A stretch of DNA of 55,949 nt, the filler included, from Sphacelaria rigidula (taxonomy: Eukaryota), in assembly GCA_964200075.2 (NCBI GenBank). It is 3 parts of 3 records of this genome, joined end to end, with 100 filler letters (N's around TTAATTAATTAA, not from the genome) between each part and the next. Parts side by side here need not be neighbours in the genome. Positions count along the whole stretch, not along the records: positions 18,685 to 37,267 come from CAXNAA020000833.1; positions 37,368 to 55,949 come from CAXNAA020000834.1; 1 more part is not named here. The stretch is one strand, 5' to 3'. Both the position numbers and the translations under genes were made by a program. Position 1 is the stretch's first letter. Every line of letters begins with the position of its first letter. This document shows positions 28,601 to 37,905 of this stretch, in pieces. The notes under the pieces were generated by a model. It had not been told where the DNA came from, did no database searches, and was given only the letters and a program-made list of their open reading frames with translations.

Positions 28601-31600
28601 AAGGCAAGAAATCGACAAAGCATACCTGTTCATACAGTGGGAACAAACATGTTAGGCTTTAGGCTTTCAGTTCGCAACCCCAAAAGTGACTGTGGAAGAA
28701 GAAACATGAGCGAAATGCTTCATATCGGAGCAACTCCCGGTAATACCACAAGCATTCAGTGAGGAGTACCTCAGTGGTCATGTAACTCACGATTGAAGCC
28801 GAATTACGTATGTAAACCAACTTCCACAGCCTTGTAATTTCTTCCCGACTTCGTGCTGCAACGTATACTAAAACGGAGCCTTCTGTGCCGTCACCGACTA
28901 CCATAGTATAGAATATATCAACCTCCTAATCCGACGGCTCCTTTGCTATGAATATGCATTGCCAGGGAGCAATGTACCTCTGGGCGATTCGGGTCGCGGC
29001 GTTGTGGTTCTTTCACTCCCAGCGTCAAGGAAGCCAGTAATATGCTGTTGTTACTCCCAGGACTCCATACACGCCGAGGGTAGTAGCGATGGAGAATGTT
29101 TGCTCTCGGTGGGGCCATCTTGCAGGGTACGGCAAAAGGTTGTACCGCTGAAACTCAGGACAACAGTACTAGCAGCGGTTTCAATCGAAAACGCGCTATC
29201 GACCGGGCGATGGGCCGTTTCGACGCAATTTCGTTTCGTTCGTTCACGTACATTAGCACGTGCTTGGCCCGAGGGACCCTCCTCATTGCGTGGCACTTTT
29301 GGGGGGACTAGGGTTAGGGTTAGGGTTAGGGTTGTCATTCAGGGGGAAGTACTCCACACCCTGGACAACAGAATACACAGTCAAAAGGTGTACTGCGTAC
29401 AGTATCGACTATTGCGCCTATTTCAACAGACAATAGATTCCATATTGTACGTAGTACACTTTTTTCAAATGGAATCTATTGTCCAGGGTGTGGTGTACTC
29501 ATGATCATGCATGCCATAGTCATAAGACCATTGACTTCGCCAGGAGGGGGGGGGGGGGGGGGCGTACTCATTCGTTGCTTGCCTTAGTCGTTTGACCGTA
29601 GACCACGCATCCCTTTCGAGACGGAGCCGACGAGGGGGGGAACGACAAACCCCACTTATTGTGTGAATCCAGCGATAGGCGCTAGACGGGCATACCTAAC
29701 ACCAATAATAATTTCCTGATCAGTAGAGCTACAACACCAAACCAACATGCATATTTGAGCGGGTCGGAGATGAACGAACTCACCAACATGCCCTCATCGT
29801 CGATATGTTTGCTGCTGATGGTGAACGCAATGACCTCAGCGGGTCGCACCTCCCACCCCAGGATGTAGCTGTCCACGAGAATGAACAATATACAATGGAG
29901 ACGAAGGTTAATGGGCATCATCACCATGATATTAGAACATGCTATAGTAACGCCGCTCTGAGTGCGTGCAGAGGCACCAGCACACCGACGTGCCAACAGT
30001 GAGATCCACAGCGGCAAGATAAACTCAAAGACCCAGAGAAGCAAGGTTCATGTTTCGGGACGAAACATGTCGCTGGGAGAAAATATTGCCGGAATCACAA
30101 GACTCTTAACCGAGAGGAAATGGCGACAACGAACAGATATGCATCTTGGGAACAAGCGCAAGACGGTGGCGAGACCAAGAGTAACCCCGAAAAATGGCGA
30201 TCAGGAATACTGTAGTGCCAACTGCACTCACTCGTCTGCCAGAGCGACCGCGTTCCTCTCCGTCGTTGTGCAGTCGGCGACACAGACCGTAATTTCGGGG
30301 GTTGTAAAGACAGCAAGGGGAAAATCCGTCATGTCCAAATTCAGTGAGATGAGATCGTGAAGCGTGGTATTCTCGACGTCCTCGATAGGTCGGGAGTGGT
30401 GGTGGTAGTGCCGATCTCCTATGAATGTTCGGAACATTTGTTCGAGCCACGCTTCCTGTCCACGAAAACGCACACGGCGCAAATGCGGTGCCACGGGGGG
30501 CAAGAACAGAAAATAAATACTTTATGTTTCCATAATGCAGGTAGTGTGAATCCTCAGCGACGAACTCGAAGGCACTTCCACTGACTTCTGGTCCAGCGAG
30601 ACGCAGCTAGAGGGTAAGCAATGCTGGGTAGAGCTATCGCGCACCTTGCATCAATCTCCTCGATTTACTCTCGAACAGCTGCGAAGATGCAAAAAAGTGT
30701 ACTGATTCCACACACCCAACAACGATACACAACATTTCTTCAGCCAAACACAACAATGATCCCTCGTTCCCAATCGACCGCCGAAATGGGATGGTTGCCC
30801 TCGAGCCCTCTGGGCAATAAGTCCAGCGTTCCCAAGTTCTGTATGAGCACCGTTCTCCACCACGCACACCTTCAGCAAGTCTCCAAGGATCCCTCTGGTG
30901 CCGCTGTCGCTGCCCTCCACCAGCGCACCCGTCACTGCATCTAGTGCGGAAATATCGCCACCGTATGCAGCGTCCAAGAGACCAGCTACGGTGGAATCGT
31001 CTGTGATGTCGAAAATTGTTTCGGCTTGGGGCAGACCGTACGCTTCCCGTGCATTATTATACACGGGGACTCCTATGCGAAGAGCGCCAATGGGTTCAAG
31101 AGCGCATGGGGGTTCGGGAGGAGGTAAACAGCAATGAAGTTCGTGAGTAATGACGCCTTACTCGATATAGAGATCAGCTGAAATAGAAAATACGACGTAT
31201 CGAATAGAGCATGGGCGTGTTTCCCCTGTTCCTACAGTCAGATAGTAGTCGGTACAATCCGCAGCGCTGACGATAAATAATATACATCAACTCTGTCCAT
31301 ACCGTGTTTGTGAAGTATGCAGATGTAAGCACAGATTAAACACGAGTACTCCACATCGAATCTCATTAGTACATGCAGTCGAGCAAAGAACGAAATCCGA
31401 GGTCCAACATCGCCAGAGTATGACACCAAACCGTTGATCGGATCGACCAGAACGACGCCTACCGTGATCCCGGCCTCTCTGCACAGCGTCGACAGGAAGC
31501 TTGAAGAGGGGCGAGGTGGTAGAAAGTGCCGCGGGGAAATGTGAATCGATCCGCAGGGAAGGTTCCAGCACGGCTCCCCTCAAAATAGCCGCCAGCCCGT

Positions 31601-33024
31601 TGCGGTCGATGAGACCGCCCACATCTTTGCACGCCTCCGCCAACTCGATCATATCCTGAAAATGAGAAAACCAAATATAGAAACGAACGATGCAATTGAC
31701 GAGGTTATGCGGAACACGACCTGAACACACAAAATCGTTGACACTGGTACCAATCGCAGCTCAGCGCTGTCTATGTCATTCACCAACGCCAAAAAAGCAC
31801 TCTAGCAGTGCTTGCACTGGTGCTTTCGCCACATGAGTGCTAGAAAATTAAAACATAGATGCCCCCCCCCATCACCCCACCGCTTTCAACGCCTTGAAGT
31901 TTTCACTCGTTTACCCATTTCACCTCGTCAGCTGGCTCGTAGTTCTCGGTTACAATCCTCGTGAAGGGGGGAATGGCTGCCTCGAAGGCAATCGCGCCAA
32001 CCGTCAAAGCAAAAACGTCCGCACCAGGGTTTATGGTGTAGTCGTAGTGCTCCGCCGTCAGCAGTTTCCTCGTGGATCCCCAGCCCCATCTCCTTGTACC
32101 CGAACCTGGCCCTCTCTCGGCCAATTCTATTTGTCGCAGTTGTCCGTACCAGTCGCGCCGAATACGAGCCCCGTACCTATCGTCGTCATCCCATAGAGGG
32201 GAACCATGGCCTCTGGTACTTCCCTCCGATTCTTGGTGTGAGTTTGTCCCAGTATGCCCAAGGCCTGTTTGGTGTTTGATGTCGTCGCCCAGCACTTGGG
32301 ACCGTAACAGCTGCTGCTGCTGCTCCTGGGTGCCAACATCCCCTGTCGAGGCGCCAAACGTATCTCGGCTGTTGTGGTTGCCATGGTGCTGGTTTCGGTC
32401 TTCTTCAAGGGCGCCTCCCGGCCCAGAACGCTCTTGCCCACGCGGAGTACCTCGTGTCAGGCGTCGGTTTGAACTGGATCCATCGCTATCTCCGGTTTCG
32501 AGAGACGATGCTGTAGTCTGGGACGCACTAGTCGTGTCTGTAGCGGACAGTGCGGATATGACCAAAGGCAATGCCTTGTTCAACCAGGTGATGAAGCCAT
32601 TTAGGTGACCGATTTATTCCATCTGCATCATTCTGTATTTAACATCTACATACTTCACACACATGGTGATATATGCTTGATTCACTCCGGATCAAGCCGC
32701 TGCTCTCAAGCTGCTGAGTACATGACTATGGATTCACCGATGCGATTCCCTCGTATTTTAGAGCTCGACTGATACACATTCGCTCGTCCGTACTGCAAGT
32801 GCTCTCCACAGAAACATTGCGGCAATACCCAGAGATACTACTCAAACCGCTTAGCTACCAAGCACGCAGTTACAGAGTCAGTACTCCCTGCGCGTACCGA
32901 CGTATTGATTGTCGTCGTCAAGATCAACGACGACCGAGGTTTCCAGCAAACGAATGGTGAAGTCGTGCTGCACGACGTGTTGGTAGCGCGCGATCGTCCA
33001 GCCACGACACGCCTGGTAGATATC
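19643..33024 (-). CDS. Partial multi-exon gene: heme peroxidase-like domain + DOMON + cytochrome b561 + start of cytochrome b5-like domain (membrane redox fusion protein)
   Basis: 15 GT-AG exons splice in frame with no stop (2544 nt, 848 aa): 33024-32898, 32537-31924, 31655-31463, 31072-30870, 30455-30232, 29868-29784, 28126-28020, 27348-27231, 26975-26832, 23570-23476, 22991-22848, 22590-22485, 22066-21935, 20368-20267, 19792-19643. Peroxidase motifs: DIYQACR..IARYQH, VDAVQRGRDHGVPVYNNAREAYGL, EQMFRTFIGDR. DOMON motifs: GIGFGGTEM, GQHPNTNRG. Four b561 His. b5 N-terminus RMYTWDEFNYK. Start and stop exons not found. Confidence 0.88.
20267..23570 (-). CDS. Exons 10-14 of the fusion gene: cytochrome b561-type transmembrane domain
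   Basis: LLHGCLMLFSWMLIAPLGIYFARY, WHRRHAELM, SEHAIWG and KHLHIWAGR give four His at b561 positions, followed by a fifth TM helix FPFWFGFLVVAFAIFE. Confidence 0.87.
20579..21660. mobile_element. Non-autonomous foldback transposon with TGT...ACA ends and 5-bp TSD GGCCC (Ginger-like), intronic
   Basis: GGCCC|TGTTGCAGGTTAAGGGCAACG ... CGTTGCCCTTAACCTGCAACA|GGCCC; ~380-bp inverted arms with tandem 20-bp GACTATGGGGAAGCGCCCCT units; central TTAGGG/CCCTAA tracts. Confidence 0.8.
24225..25302 (+). mobile_element. 5'-truncated RTE-clade LINE (ORF2 C-terminus, T-rich 3' UTR, (CAAT)n tail), intronic and antisense to the host gene
   Basis: ORF 24253-24690 reads LYGCPTWTL..HHKLLLRVVGF..IRKRQLWFAGALVRQ..RLPKRVM, a typical post-RT region of RTE elements; frameshift near 24680, continues to 24890; tail 25285-25302. 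Confidence 0.9.
25330..25470. mobile_element. Solo piggyBac-like terminus (…TTCCCAAAGGG|TTAA)
   Basis: GGG end followed by TTAA; homologous to 37765-37905. Confidence 0.55.
25956..26393. mobile_element. ~440-bp palindromic MITE (copy 2), intronic
   Basis: ACAGCCGTTCATCGAAATTGAGGATGGAG ... CTCCATCTTGAATTTCGATGATAGGCTGT; internal arms shared with copy 1. Confidence 0.85.
26832..29868 (-). CDS. Exons 6-9 of the fusion gene: DOMON domain
   Basis: YILGWEV..IAFTI..GMLGIGFGGTEMVKAQDFVIC..CIDR..WTSVTFLR..DIIYAYR..GQHPNTNRG. Candidate heme ligands Met and His are present. Confidence 0.85.
29355..29492. mobile_element. 138-bp MITE with CACACCCTGGACAA TIRs and an imperfect 8-bp TSD
   Basis: aagtactc|CACACCCTGGACAA ... 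TTGTCCAGGGTGTG|gtgtactc (flanks match 6/8). Confidence 0.75.
29493..29627 (-). repeat. Dispersed repeat modules A and B, adjacent (other copies: A 14168-14241 and 47182-47253; B 18-72 and 14764-14817)
   Basis: A: GCTCCGTCTCGAAAGGGATGCGTGGTC..ATGAGTACGCCCC. B: GGTCAAT..TTATGACTATGGCATGCATGATCATGAGTACACC. Confidence 0.8.
30232..33024 (-). CDS. Exons 1-5 of the fusion gene: C-terminal half of an animal-type (peroxidase-cyclooxygenase family) heme peroxidase-like domain
   Basis: QRGRDHG-x-P-x-YN-x-x-R-x-x-x-GL signature; AYGGDISALDAVTGALVE; GDR motif; TLHDLI..N..P..VF domain end. Confidence 0.88.
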
Positions 33025-33378
33025 CTGGCAAAGGCGCGACCCCGTAGCACAAGGGAACGAAACATAGCTGAGAGGGGATCACGAAGGAACATCAAGGCTG
33101 GGGTGTCGTACCTTTTGTCGCCAAGACAGCGATCCATTTGACGTGTTTTCTGCGGTCTGATTGACGACGCGGTGATATGAGAGCATTTGAGCAATATTGA
33201 GCAGTGGGTTGTTGAGATCACGGTACATCGGTTCGGCCGTGATGCGTGTATCCACACACCACAACCTGTAATTGGTGCGAACCCAGCGCGAGACGGGCGG
33301 CTTTGATACGCAGGGTGCTACTCAAGCACCGTTTGCGTCGCTGAGTATGCGACGGACAGGCCACAGGTAGCAATATTC

Positions 33379-34991
33379 CACACCCTGGGCAATACAATAT
33401 GTAATATATATTGCCCGCTCAATATGTGTACGCGTCGGGTGGTCGATATACATCGGGCGAGCAATATGATGGCACGAGAGAGGGTCAATATATACTGGGT
33501 GGGAAATATGTCAAGGCTCGCGACATGCAATATATATCGACCGGAAATATATCACGATAAGCGCCACCTCAATATATATTGGCCGAGTAATATGTTGGTG
33601 CGAGAAGGCACCAAATATGTATTTGTCGAGTAATATATTGGCTGCCACACGAGGTCAATATATATTGATGATTCAATACACTCAACATCCCAAGCGCCAA
33701 TATATATTGCCGCCCCAATATGCCGGGCGTCAATGCGTCCAATATATATTGGGCGTACAATACACGAGGGAACGGATGGTCACAATAAATATTGATATCG
33801 AAATATATTTTGATTTTCAACATGTAGATTGCAAAGTGTATTGGAATTAGTATGGTGGGCAACTCTATGTTCGCGGGCGCCATTGAAAGATGCATCATCA
33901 TATGCCGAAAACGCTCAATACATTCCTCCGCGAGTGTGTTTAATATATATTGGCTGCACAATACCTATGCGATGAGCGTGCGCAATATATATTGGAAAAA
34001 ATATATATTTTGCATGGTTTGCGTTCAATAAGTATAATGGTAACAATATGCTACGCATCGCTTCGACTCAATATATATTGACACTTCAATACATACACGA
34101 CCGGCATGCACAATATATATTGAATGTTTTATTCCCGGAGCAAAGGTACGCCCAATATATATTGTCATACATTACTTCATGATCATGACACGAGCAATAT
34201 ATGTTATCGCTCCAATGTCTCCGAGGACATTTCAAAACAATACATATTGAAAGGACAATATTTGCGCTGGCTCCCATACAAAATATTGGTATCATATTGG
34301 AACATCTTGTATTGTCCAGGGTATAAGCAACACAGCCCCGGTGACCACAGGGGTACGAAAAGGCACATATCGACCCGCGTTTTCTGTCATCGTGGTGTTT
34401 AGCCAAGATATATTAATTACATGCTGGGAAGGCGATGGGCGACCCCGCACCGGTGGCCTCTTAGGTATCAGGAGGCATATACACCAGGTCGCCTCTTCTG
34501 TCACCATATTTTCAAACTAGTACGTGTATGTATATTTATATATGTCAAACGCATTCGACTACTCTACATAGTAATGCACGCGAACTTCTACGGCTCCCTT
34601 TGAAGCTTTTCCCAATCTGCACGGGCTCCGGCATCCATCGCGTCTGGAATTTTCTTAGAGCATATACCATACTTATGATATCCATATATTATATTGATCG
34701 GCTAATACATTGGCACCCACGTAGATCCAATATATATATTGACCGGTCAATATGTTCTCACCATTGCGACCCTAATATATATTGGTCGTGCAATATGCCA
34801 TCACACACACTGCCCCAATATATATTGATGGGACAATATGTGTTCAACTCCACAGCACCAATATATAATGGGCGCGCAATACGTGTGCATTCCAAGGGTA
34901 CCAACATATATTACGCCGGCAATATATCGCGAAATTCCAATATGATCGACAAATATATGTATTGGGGACATATTGTATTGTCCAGGGTGTG
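33379..34991. mobile_element. 1.6-kb non-autonomous TIR element (23-bp TIR, 8-bp TSD; hAT- or P-like) carrying a phased repeat-spacer array
   Basis: caatattc|CACACCCTGGGCAATACAATATG ... CATATTGTATTGTCCAGGGTGTG|aaatattc (flanks match 7/8); extra internal right-end copy at ~34303-34322. Confidence 0.8.
33402..34925 (+). repeat. Regularly interspaced array, unit CAATATATATTG-N6-CAATAY-N18/19 (42-43 bp period) with non-repetitive spacers
   Basis: Palindrome starts at 33402, 33444, 33486, 33528, 33570, 33613, 33656, 33698, 33740, 33783; 33941, 33983, 34026, 34069, 34111, 34153, 34195, 34238; ~34685, 34728, 34773, 34816, 34859, 34902. Confidence 0.85.
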
Positions 34992-35324
34992 AAATATTCC
35001 CCTGGCAATACGAGGCTTGTCATGACTTGTGGGCAAGAATTGGTCACAAGTGTACGAATTGAATGTTGTATTCAGGCCACCTCGAGCGTGCTACGAGCTG
35101 GGCCGCCCAAGAAGCCACCAGATTTGTTGAACGCATTTTCTTCGCTCAATATTGGATCGTTTTCGATAAATTTTTGACACAATGTACAGGACGTATCTGC
35201 GAATACCTGTTCTGAAATGTTCTGTGGCCAATAACTCACGGAGAAAAACAAAAAAGACAGGGGATGAAAGATTGTGTATTCGCACATTCGTCCTGTACAT
35301 CGTGTCACAATTTCATACGTCGGG

Positions 35325-35812
35325 ACGAGCACGAGTGTGACTCGTGGCACTCGCACTCGTTGGGCTGCTCGTTGGCCGTGAAAATTCATAGAGCGAGCAC
35401 TCAAGTCATTGCTCGCTGTGGAGAAAATTAATAGGGCGAGCAAACGAGTCATTGCTCGTTGGGGAAAAAAATAATAGGGCGAGCACTCGAGTCATTGCTC
35501 GTTGGGGGGGGCGTACCCATTTGTTGTTGCTCGTTGGGGGAAAATGTTAATGGGGCGAGCACTCGAGTCGTCATTACTCGTTGTGGGAAAATGTTAATAG
35601 GGCGAGTTTTCGAGTCATTGCTCGTCGGGGAAAGAAATAATAGGGCGAGTACTCGAGTCATTGCTCATTGGGGAAAAAATGAATAGGGCGAGCACTCGAG
35701 TCATTGCTCGTTGTGGAAAAAATGAATAAGGCGAGCACTCGAGTCATTTCTCGTTGTGGAAACAATTAATAGGGCGAGCACTCGAGTTATTGCTCGTTGT
35801 GGAAAAAATTAA
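35325..35812. repeat. ~38-41-bp minisatellite (TAGGGCGAGCACTCGAGTCATTGCTCGTTGTGGAAAAAA..AA), left block
   Basis: About 12 tandem units, read directly. Confidence 0.9.
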
Positions 35813-36859
35813 CCCCTTTGGGACCGGGCCCCCAGAACGATCAACGAGGCTGGTTAGGAATGACGTGTCTGACGTCTACACGAAACAGTGCCACGTTGAT
35901 CAAAATCCGCGTATGTAACCGCAGGATTATGAGGAAGAGCGAAAGTTTCATCCAATCTATTTTCAGGTGCAGGGTGCGCATTAGGTAATGTACATCTGTA
36001 GCGAGCAGTATGGGTTGCGGTAGATAACTTTCAAAAGGATGCGGCGACCAGTGGGCCGCCCGCCACTTGTGGCCTTGGATGATGATACTGTCCCCATCAC
36101 CTTGCCACACAGCCCTTTGTCGTCAGGGTGGGCCGCCATTTCCCTCTTTGTTGTATGCAACAAATTCTCTTCAAAGGGCGTTGGCGTTGCGGCGCACATA
36201 CATACGATACAGTGCAGTACAGTACAGTACAGTAAGTGCAGTACGCCTCTCCGGCTGCAGCAGCAGCTGCCGCTGCATACTCCCTTCCACGTTCTAGGCA
36301 GTTCTCAGCGATGGAGATCAGCTGCCTATACACAGCTTGTTTATCCTCGCCCACAACATATACATATTCACCGTGTTCTGCAAGTCATCGGCAGAGGGAT
36401 AACCATGATTCATGACGGTAGCTCCTTTATCTTTCGACGGCACACCTGGGTTCAGTGCCTCATGAAAATGACCACATTGTGGCATGTACACTCCTTCCCG
36501 GTTTTCCCACTCCACCCTGTGTTGGTGTAATTACTACGTTTTAGTAAAGGCTGGCGACCCAAAAAAACTCCTGGGAAACCCCGGGAACGCTATACTGAAT
36601 GCAAGTAATACGATAAGCCATGCTCCGAGCACCCTGGTTTCAGAAACCTGGGAAGGCTTATCTGGGCCAGTGATAGGGCTCCACACCATCTTGGCAGTGA
36701 CATCACACTCGGCAACAGTCCCCGCGCTGGTCGTTCGGGTCTGGTCGACAAATTTCGCATCGCCGTGATTGGGCAGTTCGCTCCCTGACTTATGTTTTAC
36801 AATTTCACGAAGACATGGTCAACCTCGTGTTAGTGAGGGGTCGGTCCCATGCAAAAGGG
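35813..36859. mobile_element. Non-autonomous piggyBac-like insertion at a TTAA in the satellite
   Basis: TTAA|CCCCTTTGGGACCGG ... CGGTCCCATGCAAAAGGG|TTGA; no transposase inside. Confidence 0.65.
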
Positions 36860-37267
36860 TTGATAGGGCGAGCACTCGAGTCATTGCTCGTTGTGGAGAA
36901 AAAAATAGGGCGGGCACTCGAGTCATTGCTCGTTGTGGAAAAAAATAATGAGGCGAGCATTCGAGTCATTGCTCGTCGTGGAAACAAACTAATAAGGCGA
37001 TCACTCGAGTCACTGCTCGTGGTGGAAAAAAATAATGAGGCGAGCATTCAAGTCATTGCTCGTTGTAAAAACAAGTGATGACTCGAGCACACGAGTCATT
37101 GCTCGTGGTGGAAACAAACTAATAAGGCGATCACTCGAGTCGTTGCTCGTTGTAAAAACAAGTGATGACTCGAGCACACGAGTCATTGCTCGTTGTAAAA
37201 AAAAGTAATGACTCGAGCACACAAGTCATGCTCGTTGTGTTTTCGAAAAGCATCCACGAGTGCACTC
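36860..37267. repeat. Same minisatellite, right block, running to the contig end
   Basis: The unit resumes exactly after the insert at 35813-36859. Confidence 0.9.
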
Positions 37268-37367
37268 NNNNNNNNNNNNNNNNNNNNNNNNNNNNNNNNN
37301 NNNNNNNNNNNTTAATTAATTAANNNNNNNNNNNNNNNNNNNNNNNNNNNNNNNNNNNNNNNNNNNN
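37268..37367. other. Artificial contig linker (N44-TTAATTAATTAA-N44)
   Basis: Identical 100-bp linker. The flanking contigs are 18583 and 18582 bp, consistent with size-sorted concatenation. Confidence 0.97.
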
Positions 37368-37764
37368 CCGATCTAATTGCATATGGGTCGCTCTTCAGCG
37401 CTTCCACATGTGGCGACGGAATTTCCACGTGCTCCGCCATATCATTGTCGCCGGCCGTATAGTGTAGCTTCCTACGCTCGCCAACTCTTGATGATGGAGC
37501 CCACCAAAACGGCGCACTATTCTAATTTCAAGTATACTAGTGCGCCACTCTAAGTTCAAGTATACTAATGCGACATATTGGTGCACCGAACTCGAGACGT
37601 ATTTCACAGATTATACTGACCAAAATCACATGTATAGGAGTTTGTACTGTTTTGCGAGAGTTTCGTCGATGCACACAATTCGACACACTTCGCCCGTCGC
37701 GTGATATCATTGGACAAACCCTGCGCGACCGCTCCGGCGTTTCATCTTCGGTACATCCATGACG

Positions 37765-37905
37765 TGTGCATCTGGCGTCTTCTTTGGTCTTCCACAGAAA
37801 AAATGGTTGTCGTCGGTATTTTCTGTTTCCATCTTTTCTTCTTTGTCAGGGCTTCTCATATTGAGGCGTCTGGCCCGGGGACGGGAGGGGAGGGTTCCAA
37901 AAAGG
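37765..37905. mobile_element. Second copy of the piggyBac-like terminus
   Basis: Shares AAATGGTTGTCGTCGGTATTT..GACGGGAGGGGAGGGTTCC with 25330-25470. Confidence 0.55.

Noticed and set aside
29309-29333. Chromosome end (telomere)
   Set aside because: Only about 4 units, interstitial, inside an intron next to TE fragments.
32538-32625. ATG GAA TAA upstream of ORF 31903-32583, suggesting a premature stop or recoding
   Set aside because: The phase-1 acceptor at 32537 joins the upstream exon in frame, so this stretch is intronic.
33111-33265. Candidate exon LWCVDTRITAEPMY.. just upstream of the peroxidase exons
   Set aside because: Splice sites are plausible but there is no EHN or GDxRxNE-type motif, so it cannot be supported.
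33402-34925. Calling the array a true CRISPR
   Set aside because: The repeat is only 12+6 bp and split in two, the host is eukaryotic, there is no cas gene or leader, and it sits within transposon TIRs. Reported as an unexplained array instead.
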